This document shows, one piece after another, positions 54,001-64,000 of a stretch of DNA of 64,000 nucleotides; within the stretch, counting starts at the first letter, position 1, and the number at the start of each line of letters is the position of its first letter. Position numbers and translations under genes: made by a program. The stretch is from Camelus dromedarius. Lineage: Eukaryota. The notes under the pieces were generated by a model. The model was not told the origin of the DNA. It was given only the letters and a program-made list of their open reading frames with translations, and did no database searches. Location of the stretch: the NCBI RefSeq assembly GCF_036321535.1, contig NC_087437.1, positions 1,426,001 through 1,490,000 on the forward strand, given 5' to 3'.

Positions 54001-57000
54001 CAAGCACAAAGGGATCGGGTTGCAGTAGAAACTTTTACTCTGGTCTCTCAGTCTGTTTCCTAGTGACGATTTGAATTTCCCACATTTTTCACTGTAAAAC
54101 CGAGTTGGAGCTTGTACTTCCCATATATATGTATGAAGTGGCGTTGGCAACTGAAAAGAAACTATGTGTTCCCAACAAGCTAGGTGAAGGTCGGCTTTCA
54201 CACACAAATATCTCTCAGAAATGAGCATGTGGAGAGACTTTCGTTCATCTAGCCCAAATGGAACCTGTTGCAGGAGAAACTTTTTCTCTGGTTTCTCAGT
54301 CTATTTCCTAGTGCCGATTTGAAGTTCCTGCATTTTTCACTGTAAACCCGACTTGGAGCTAATACCTCCCCATATATATATATGGTGTGGATTTTGCAAC
54401 TGAAAGGAGACTTTGTGTTCCCAAAAAGTTAGGTGAAGTACGGCTTTCACACACACTTATCTCTCAGAACTGAGCATGTGGAGAGAATTTCGTTCATCTA
54501 GCACAAATGGAATGGGTTGCAGGAGAAAATTTTACTCTGGTTTCTCAGTCTGTTTCCTAGTGCCGGTTTGATGTTCCTGCAGTTTACACTATAAAACGGA
54601 GTTTGAGTTATTACCTTCCCATATAAGTGTATGGAGTGGAGTTTGCACATGAAAAGAAACTTTGTGTTCCCAACAAGCTAGGTGAAGGACCGCTTTCACA
54701 CACACTTATCTCTCAGAACTGTGAATGTTTAGAGACTTTCGTCCATCTAGCACAAATGGAACGGGTTGCAGGAGAAACTTTTACTCTGGTTTCTCAGTCA
54801 TTTTCCTAGTGCCGGTTTGAAGTTCCTGCAGTTTTCACTGTAAAACAAATTTGGAGCTAGTACCTCCCCATATATATGTATGGAGAGAAATTTGCAACTG
54901 AAAGGAGACATTGTATTCCCAACACGCTACGTTAAAGACGGCAATCACACACACATATATCTCAGAACTGTGCATGTGGAGAGACGTTCGTTCATCTAGC
55001 ACAAATGGAACGGTTTGCAGGAGAAATTTTACTTTTGTTTCTCAGTCTGTTTCCTAGTGCCGGTTTGAAGTTCCTGCAGTTTTCACTGTAAAACCGAGTT
55101 GGAGATTTTACCACCCTATATATATGTATGGATAGGAGTTTGCAACTGAAAAGAAACTTTGTGTTCCCAACAAGCTAGTTGAATGACGGCTTTCACACAC
55201 ACTTATCTCTCAGAACTGAGCATGTGGAGAGAAGTTCGTTCATCTAGCACAAAGGGAAATGTTTGCAGTAGATACTTTTACTCTGGTTTCTCAGTCTGTT
55301 TCCTAGTGCTGGTTTGATTTTCCTGCAGTTTTCACTGTAAAACCGAGTGGGATCTAGTACATACCCATATATATGTATGGAGAGCAGTTTTCAACTGAAA
55401 AAAGACTTTGTGTTCCCAACAAGCAAGGTGAAGTACGGATTTCACACACACTATCCCTCAGAACTGAGCATGTGGAGAGACGTTCGTTCATCTAGCACAA
55501 ACGGATCGGTTTCCAGGAGTAACTTTTACTCTGGTTTCTCAGTCTGTTTCCTAGTGCCTGTTTGAAGTTCCTGCATTTTTCGCAGTAAAAGCGAGTTGGA
55601 GCTAGTACCACACCATATATATATATGGAGTGGAATTTGTAAATGGAAATAATCTTTGTGTTCCCAACAAGCTATGTGTAGGACAGCTTTCACAAACACT
55701 TATCTCTCAGAACTGAGCATGTGGAGAGACATTCGTTCATCTAGCACAAAGGGAACGGGTTGCAGGAGAAATTTTACTCTGGTTTCTCAGTCTGTTTCCT
55801 AGTGCCGGTTTGAAGTTCCTTCAGTTTTCACTGTAAAACCGATTTGGAGATCGTTCCTCCCCATATATATGTATTGAGTGGAGTTTGCAACTGAAAGGAA
55901 ACTTTATGTTCCCAACAAGCCAGGTGAAGGACGGCTTTCACACACATTTTTCTCTCAGAAATGAGCATTTGGAGAGACATTCGTTCATCTAGCACAAAGG
56001 GAATGGGTTGCAGGAGAAACTTTTACTCTGGTTTCTCAGTCTGTTTCCTAGGGCCGGTTTGAAGTTCCTGCAGTTTACACTATAAAACCGAGTTGGAGTT
56101 ATTACCTCCCTATATATGTGTATGGAGTGGAGTTTGCACATGAAAAGAAAATTTGTGTTCCCAACAAGGTAGATGAAGGATGGCTTTCACACACATTATC
56201 TCTCAGAACTGCGAATATTTAGAGACTTTCGTTCATCTAGCACAAAGGGAACGGGTTGCAGGAGAAACTTTTACTCTGGTTTCTCATTCATTTTCCTACT
56301 GCCGGTTTGAAGTTCCTGCAGATTTCACTGTAAAACAGATTTGGAGCTAGTACCTCCCCATATATATGTATGGAGAGAAATTTGCAACTGAAAGGAGACT
56401 TTGTATTCCCAACAAGCTGCATTAAAGACGGCCAACACACACACATATATCTCAGAACTGTGCATGTGGAGAGACGTTCGTTCATCTAGTACAAATGGAA
56501 CAGTTTGCAGGAGAAATTTTAATTTTGTTTCTCAGTCTGTTTCCCAGTGCCGGTTTGAAGTTCCTGCAGTTTTCACTGTTAAACCGAGTTGGAGATTCTA
56601 CCACCCAATATATATGTATGGATAGGAGTTTGCAACTGAAAAGAAACTTTGTGTTCCCAACAAGCTAGGTGAAGGATGGCTTTCACACACATTTATCTCT
56701 CAGAATTTAGCATGTGGAGAGACCTTCCTTCATCTAACACAAAGGGAACGGGTTGAAGGAGAAACTTTTACTCTGGTTTCTCAGTCTGTTTCCTAGTGCC
56801 GGTTTGAAGTTCCTGCAGTTTTCACTGTAAAATCGATTTGGAGCTAGTACCTCCCCATATAAACGTATGGAGTGGAGTTTAAATCTGAAAAGAAACTTTG
56901 TGTTCCCAACAAGATAGGTGAAGGACGGCTTTCACACACACTTATCTCTCAGAACTGAGCATGTGAAGAGACGTTCGTTCATTTAGCACAAAGGGAACGG

Positions 57001-58020
57001 GTTGCAGGAGAATCTTTTACTCAGGTTTCCCAGTCTGTTTCCTAGTGCCGGATTGAAGTTCCTGCAGTTTTCACTGTAAAACCGAGTTGGAGCTAGTACC
57101 TCCCCATATATATGTATGGAGTGGAGTTTGAACTGAAAACAAACTTTGTGTTCCCAACAAGCTAGGTGAAGTACGGCTTTCACACACACTTATGTCTCAG
57201 AACTGAGCATGTGGAGAGACGTTCGTTCATCTAGCATAAAGGGAACGGGTTGCAGGAGAAAATTTTACTCTGGTTTCTCAGTCTGTTTCCTAATGCTGGT
57301 TTGAAGTTCCTGCAGTTTTCACTGTAAAACCGAGTTGGAGCTAGGATCTCCCCATATATATTTATGGAGAGCTGTTTGCAACTGAATGGAAACTTTGTTT
57401 TCCCAACATACTAGATGAAGTTCGGCTTTCACACACATTACTCCCTCAGAAATAAGAATGTGGAATAACGTTCGATCACCAAGCACAAAGGGATCGGGTT
57501 GCAGTAGAAACTTTTACTCTGGTCTCTCAGTCTGTTTCCTAGTGACGATTTGAATTTCCCACATTTTTGACTGTAAAACCGAGTTGGAGCTTGTACTTCC
57601 CATATATATGTATGAAGTGGCGTTGGCAACTGAAAAGAAACTATGTGTTCCCAACAAGCTAGGTGAAGGTCGGCTTTCACACACAAATATCTCTCAGAAA
57701 TGAGCATGTGGAGAGACTTTCGTTCATCTAGCCCAAATGGAACCTGTTGCAGGAGAAACTTTTTCTCTGGTTTCTCAGTCTATTTCCTAGTGCCGATTTG
57801 AAGTTCCTGCATTTTTCACTGTAAAACCGACTTGGAGTTAGTACCTCCCCATATATATTTATGGTGTGGATTTTGCAACTGAAAGGAGACTTTGTGTTCC
57901 CAAAAAGTTAGGTGAAGTACGGCTTTCACACACACTTATCTCTCAGAACTGAGCATGTGGAGACGTTCGTTCATCTAGCACAAATGGAATGGGTTGCAGG
58001 AGAAACTTTTACTCTGGTTT
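44105..58020. repeat. 14-monomer HOR, period 3478 bp, 4 tandem copies
   Basis: ORF starts recur at 44193/47671/51149/54627, 44913/48391/51869/55347, 45966/49444/52922/56401 and 47003/50481/53959/57438, with offsets of 3478-3479. Confidence 0.95.
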
Positions 58021-58259
58021 CTCAGTCTGTTTCCTAGTGCCGGTTTGAAGTTCCTGCAATTTTCACTGTAAAAACGAGTTGGAGCTTGTACATCCCCATA
58101 TATATATAAGGAGAGGAGTTTGCATCTTAACGGAGAATTTGTGTTCCCAACAAGCTAGCTGAAGGACGACTTTCACACACACTTATCTCTCAGAAATTAG
58201 CATGTGGAGAGACGATCGTTCATCTAGCACAAATGGAACGGGTTGCAGGAGAAACTTTT

Positions 58260-61200
58260 ACTCTGCTTTCTCAGTCTGTTTCCTAGTGCCGGTTTGAGGT
58301 TCCTTCATTTTTCACTGTAAAACAGAGTTGGAGTTATTACCTCCCCATATATGTGTATGGAGTGGAGTTTGCACATGAAAAGAAACTTTGTGTTCCCAAC
58401 AAGCTAGGTGAAGGACGGCTTTCACACACATTATCTCTCAGAACTGTGAATATTAAGAGACTTTCGTTCATCTAGCACAAAGGGATCGGGTTGCAGTAGA
58501 AACTTTTACTCTGGATTCTCAGTCTGTTTCCTAGTGCCGGTGTGAAGTTCCTGCAGTTTTCAGTGTAAAACCGAGTAGGAACTTGTACCTCCTCATATAT
58601 ATGTATGGAGAGGAGTTTGCAACTGAAAGGAAACATTGTGTTCCCTACATACTAGGTGAAGGACGGCTTTCACACACATTTATGTCTCAGAATTAAGCAT
58701 GTGGAGTAACGTTTGATCACCAAGCACAAAGGGATAGGTTTGCAGTAGAAACTTTACTCTGGTTTCTCAGTCTGTTTCCCAGTGATGATTTTAATTTCCT
58801 GCTTTTTTCACTGGAAAACCGAGTTGGAGCTATTATCACCCCATATATATGTATGGATTGGAGTTGGCTCATGAAAAGAAATTTTGTGTTCCCAACAAGC
58901 TAATTGAAGGACAGCTTTCACACACACTTATCTCTCAGAACTGAGCATGTGGAGAGATGTTCGTTCATCTAGCACAAAGGGAACGTGTTGCAAGAGAACC
59001 TTTTACTCTGGTTTCTCAGTCTGTTTCCTAGTGCCGGTTTGAGGTTCCTGCAGTTTTCACAGTAAAACCGATTTGGAGCTAGTAAATCCCCATATATATA
59101 TATGGATTGCAGTTTGCAACAGAAATGAATCTTTGTCTTCCCAACATTCTAGGTGAAGGAAGGCTTTCACACACATTTATCTCTCAGAACTGAGCATGTG
59201 GAGAGAATTTCGTTCATCTAGCACAAAGGGAAAGGTTTGCAGTAGAAACATTTACTCTAGTTTCTCAGTCGGTTTCCTAGTGCCGGTTTGAAGTTCCTGC
59301 AGTTTTCATTGTAAAACCGAGTTGGAGCTATTACCTCCCCATATATATGTATGGAGTGGAATTTGCACCTGAAAGGAAACTTTGTGTTCCCAACAACCTA
59401 GGTGAAGGACGGCTTTCACACACATTTATCTCTCCGAAATGAGCATGTGTAGAGACGTTTGTTCATATAGCTCAAAGGGATCGGGTTGCAGGAGAAACTT
59501 TTATTGTGGTTTCTCAGTCTTTTTCCTAGTGCCAGTTTTAAGTTCCTGCAGTTTTCACTGTAAAATCGAGTTGGAGCTAGTACCACACCATATATATGTA
59601 TGGAGTGGAATTTGCAGCTGAAAAGGAACTTTGTGTTCCCAACAAGCTAGGTGAAGTACGGCTTTCACACACACTTATCTCTCAGAACTGAGCATATGGA
59701 GAGTCATTCGTTCATCTAGCACAAAGGGAACGGGTTGCAGGAGAAACTTTTACTCTGGTTTCTCAGTCTCTTTCCTAGTGCCGGTTTGAGGTTCCTTCAT
59801 TTTTCACTGTAAAACAGATTTGGAGTTATTACCTCCCCATATATGTGTATGGAGTGGAGTTTGCACATGAAAAGAAACTTTGTGTTCCCAACAAGCTAGG
59901 TGAAGGACGGCTTTCACACACATTATCTCTCAGAACTGTGAATATTAAGAGACTTTCGTTCATCTAGCACAAATGGATCGGGTTGCAGTAGAAACTTTTA
60001 CTCTGGATTCTCAGTCTGTTTCCTAGTGCCGGTGTGAAGTTCCTGCAGTTTTCAGTGTAAAACCGAGTAGGAGCTTGTACCTCCTCATATATATGTATGG
60101 AGAGGAGTTTGCAACTGAAAGGAAACATTGTGTTCCCTACATACTAGGTGAAGGACGGCTTTCACACACATTTATGTCTCAGAATTAAGCATGTGGAGTA
60201 ACGTTTGATCACCAAACACAAAGGGATAGGTTTGCAGTAGAAACTTTACTCTGGTTTCTCAGTCTGTTTCCCAGTGATGATTTTAATTTCCTGCTTTTTT
60301 CACTGGAAAACCGAGTTGGAGCTATTATCACCCCATATATATGTATGGATTGGAGTTGGCTCATGAAAAGAAATTTTGTGTTCCCAACAAGCTAATTGAA
60401 GGACAGCTTTCACACACACTTATCTCTCAGAACTGAGCATGTGGAGAGATGTTCGTTCATCTAGCACAAAGGGAACGTGTTGCAAGAGAACCTTTTACTC
60501 TGGTTTCTCAGTCTGTTTCCTAGTGCCGGTTTGAGGTTCCTGCAGTTTTCACAGTAAAACCGATTTGGAGCTAGTAAATCCCCATATATATATATGGATT
60601 GCAGTTTGCAACAGAAATGAATCTTTGTCTTCCCAACATTCTAGGTGAAGGAAGGCTTTCACACACATTTATCTCTCAGAACTGAGCATGTGGAGAGACG
60701 TTCGTTCATCTAGCACAAAGGGAACGGGTTGCGGGGGAAACTTTTACTCTGGTTTCACAGTCTGTTTACTAGTGCCGGTTTGTCGTTCCTGCAGTTTTCA
60801 CTGTAAAACCGAGTTTGAGCTATTACCTCCCCATATATATGTATGGTGTGGAGATGGCACCTGAAAAGAAACTGTGTTGTCAGCAAGCTATGTGTAGGAC
60901 TGCATTCACACACACTTATCGCCCAGAACTTAGCATGTGGAGAGACGTTCTTTCATCTTTCAGAAAGGGAACGGGTTGCAAGGGAAAGTTTACTCTGGTT
61001 TCTTAGTCTGTTTCCTAGTGCCAATTTGAAGTTCCTGCAGTTTTCACTGTAAAACCGATTTGGAGATAGTTCCTCCCCATATATATGTATTGAGGGGATT
61101 TTGCAACAGAAAGGAAACTTTATGTTCCCAACAAGCCAGGTGAAGGACGGCTTTCACACACATTTTTCACTCAGAAATGAGCATGTTGAGAGACTTTCGT

Positions 61201-62030
61201 TCATCTAGCACAAAGGGAACGGGTTGCAGTAGAAATTTTACTCTGGTTTCTCAGTCATTTTCCTAGTGCCGGTTTGAAGTTCCTGCAGGTTTCACTGTAA
61301 AAATGAGTTGGAGATAGTTCCTCCCCATATGTATGTATGGAGTGGATTTTGCAACTGAAAAGAAACTTTGTGTTCACAACAAGATAGTTGAAGGACGGCT
61401 TTCACACACATTTATCTCTCAGAACTGAGCATGTGGAGAGAATTTCGTTCATCTAGCACAAAGGGAAAGGTTTGCAGTAGAAACATTTACTCTAGTTTCT
61501 CAGTCGGTTTCCTAGTGCCGGTTTGAAGTTCCTGCAGTTTTCACTGTAAAACCGAGTTGGAGCTATTACCTCCCCATATATATGTATGGAGTGGAATTTG
61601 CACCTGAAAGGAAACTTTGTGTTCCCAACAACCTAGGTGAAGGACGGCTTTCACACACATTTATCTCTCCGAAATGAGCATGTGTAGAGACGTTTGTTCA
61701 TATAGCTCAAAGGGATCGGGTTGCAGGAGAAACTTTTATTCTGGTTTCTCAGTCTTTTTCCTAGTGCCAGTTTTAAGTTCCTGCAGTTTTCACTGTAAAA
61801 TCGAGTTGGAGCTAGTACCACACCATATATATGTATGGAGTGGAATTTGCAGCTGAAAAGGAACTTTGTGTTCCCAACAAGCTAGGTGAAGTACGGCTTT
61901 CACACACACTTATCTCTCAGAACTGAGCATATGGAGAGTCATTCGTTCATCTAGCACAAAGGGAACGGGTTGCAGGAGAAACTTTTACTCTGGTTTCTCA
62001 GTCTCTTTCCTAGTGCCGGTTTGATGATCC
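58260..62030. repeat. Imperfect duplication: 6-monomer unit followed by a related 9-monomer unit
   Basis: GAGTTATTAC at 58331 matches 59823 (offset 1492, 6 monomers). ORFs 59439/61674 are offset by 2235 (9 monomers). Confidence 0.82.
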
Positions 62031-64000
62031 TGCAGTTTACACTACAAAAACGAGTTGGAGATATTACCTCCCCATATATGTGTATGGAGTGGAGTTTGCA
62101 TATGAAAAGAAACTTTGTGTTCCCAACAAACTAGTTGAAGGACGGCTTTCACACACTGTTATCTCTCAGAACACAGCATGTGGAGAGACGTTCGTTCATC
62201 TAGCACAAATGGAACGGGTTGCAGGAGAAACTTTTACTCTGATTTCTCAGTCATTTTCGTAGTGCCTGTTTGAAGTTCCTGCAGTTTTCACTGTAAAAAC
62301 GATTTGGAGCTAGTACCTACCCATATATACGTATGGAGAGAAATTTGCAACTGAAATGAGACTTTGTATTCCCAACAAGCTACGTTAAATACGGCCAACA
62401 CACACACATATATCTCAGAACTGTGCATGTGGAGAGACGTTCGTTCATCTAGCACAAATGGAACGGTTTGCAGGAGAAATTTTACTTTTGTTTCTCACTC
62501 TGTTTCCTAGTGCCGGTTTGAAGTTCCTGCAGTTTTCACTGTAAAACCGAGTTAGAGATTTTACCACCCAATATATATGTATGGATAGGAGTTTGCAACT
62601 GAAAAGAAACTTTGTGTTCCCAACAAGCTAGGTGAAGGATGGCTTTCACACACACTTATGTCTCAGAAATGAGCATGTGGAGAGACTTTCGTTCATCTAG
62701 CATAAAGGGAACGGGTTGCAGGAGAAAATTTTACTCTGGTTTCTCAGTCTGTTTCCTAGTGCTGGTTTGAAGTTCCTGCAGTTTTCACTGTAAAACCGAG
62801 TTGGAGCTAGTACCTCCCCATATATATGTATGGAGAGCTGTTTGCAACTTAAAGGAAACTTTGTTTTCCCAACATACTAGGTGAAGTTCGGCTTTCACAC
62901 ACATTTATCTCTCAGAAATGAGAATGTGGAGTAACGTTCGATCACCAAGCACAAAGGGATCGGGTTTCAGTAGAAACTTTTACTCTGCTTTCTCAGTCTG
63001 TTTCCTAGTGACGATTTGAATTTCCTGCAATTTTCACTGTAAAACTAAGTTGGAGCTTGTACCTCCCCATATATATGTATGGAGTGGCGTTGGCAACTGA
63101 AAAGTAACTATGTGTTCCCAACAAGCTAGGTGAAGGACGGCTTTCACACACAAATATCTCTCAGAAATGAGCATGTGGAGAGACGTTCGTTCATCTAGCA
63201 CAAAGGGAACGGGTTGCAGGAGAAACTTATACTCTGGTTTTTCAGTCTGTTTCCTAGTGACGATTTGAATTTCCTGCAATTTTCACTGTAAAACTGAGTT
63301 GGTGCTTGTACCTCCCCATATATATGTATGGAGTGGCATTGGCAACTGAAAAGAAACTATGTGTTCCCAACAAGCTAGGTGAAGGACGGCTTTCACACAC
63401 AAATATCTCTCAGAACTAAGCATGTGGAGAGACGTTCGTTCATCTAGCACAAAGGGAACGGGTTGCAGGAGAAACTTTTACTCTGGGTTCTCAGTTTGTT
63501 TCCTAGTGCTGGTTTGAAGTTCCTGCAGATTTCACTGTAAAACGGAGTTGGATCTATTACCTAACCATATATATGTATGGAGAGCAGATTTTAACTGAAA
63601 GGAGACTTTGTGTTCCCAACAAGCAAGGTGAAGTATGGATTTCACACAAACTATCCCTCAGAACTGAGCATGTTGAGAGACGTTCGTTCATCTAGCACAA
63701 ACGGATCGGTTTCCAGGAGAAACTTTTACTCTGGTTTCTCAGTCTGTTTCATAGTGCCAGTTTGAAATTCCTGCATTTTTCGCAGTAAAAGCGAGTTGGA
63801 GCAAGTACTACACCATATATATGTATGGAGTGAAATTTGCAAATGAAAATAATCTTTGTGTTCCCCACAAGCTAGGTGAAGGACTGCTTTCACAAACACT
63901 TATCTCTCAGAACTGAGCATATGGAGAGATATTCGTTCATCTAGCAAAAAGGGAACGGGTTGCAGGAGAAACTTTTACTCTGGTTTCTCAGTCTGTTTCC

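Larger units (their letters stand above)
1..64000. repeat. Tandem satellite DNA array, ~249-bp monomer, ~257 head-to-tail copies, probably (peri)centromeric
   Basis: The motif G(G/T)ACGGCTTTCACACACAC recurs at 1, 250, 499 and onward to the window end. Consensus: GGACGGCTTTCACACACACTTATCTCTCAGAACTGAGCATGTGGAGAGACGTTCGTTCATCTAGCACAAAGGGAACGGGTTGCAGGAGAAACTTTTACTCTGGTTTCTCAGTCTGTTTCCTAGTGCCGGTTTGAAGTTCCTGCAGTTTTCACTGTAAAACCGAGTTGGAGCTAGTACCTCCCCATATATATGTATGGAGTGGAGTTTGCAA(G/C)TGAAAAGAAACTTTGTGTTCCCAACAAGCTAGGTGAA. Most monomers carry one PstI site (CTGCAG). Centromeric location is inference only. Confidence 0.99.
6621..64000. repeat. Higher-order-repeat domain made of diverged, recognisable monomer types in recurring order
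   Basis: Distinct monomer variants recur in conserved order at multi-kb offsets that are integer multiples of ~248.6 bp. For example, 6641 matches 17580 and ORF 8620 matches 19559, both at offset 10939 (44 monomers). Confidence 0.92.

Noticed and set aside
6734..63279. Dozens of 60-112 aa ORFs on both strands, many repeated
   Set aside because: They all lie within satellite monomers and arise where a substitution removes a stop codon. They overlap on both strands, recur at HOR periods and resemble no protein family I recognise. I used them only as periodicity markers.
1..64000. CRISPR-like or cassette array (conserved repeats with variable segments)
   Set aside because: The whole 249 bp is homologous between units. 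There are no unique spacers, no leader and no cas or integrase genes.
1..64000. Species or named satellite family assignment, and embedded transposons or inversions
   Set aside because: I do not recognise the monomer with confidence. No non-satellite segment or reverse-complement monomer was seen on reading through the window.

Overview
The whole 64 kb window is one uninterrupted, head-to-tail eukaryotic satellite DNA array. The monomer is ~249 bp (~43% GC counted on the first monomer) with roughly 257 copies, all in one orientation. I see no gene, RNA gene, transposon insertion, inversion or CRISPR array. All listed ORFs are short chance open frames recurring with the repeat. The array is internally layered. 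About 1-6.6 kb is a low-divergence, near-consensus domain. From ~6.6 kb to the end, more diverged, individually recognisable monomer types are organised into higher-order repeats (HORs) whose period changes along the array: a 5-mer duplication at ~9.2-11.7 kb, a 33-mer (8203 bp) x2 at ~22.2-38.6 kb related to a 36-mer arrangement, a 12-mer duplication at ~39.3-45 kb, a 14-mer (3478 bp) x4 at ~44.1-58.0 kb, and 6/9-mer duplications at ~58.3-62 kb. The monomer appears to be an ancient ~125 bp dimer and is dense in short dyad symmetries. This architecture is typical of (peri)centromeric satellites, but I cannot assign the species or satellite family, or show centromere function, from sequence alone. 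All boundaries were determined by eye and are approximate (about +/-50-100 bp).
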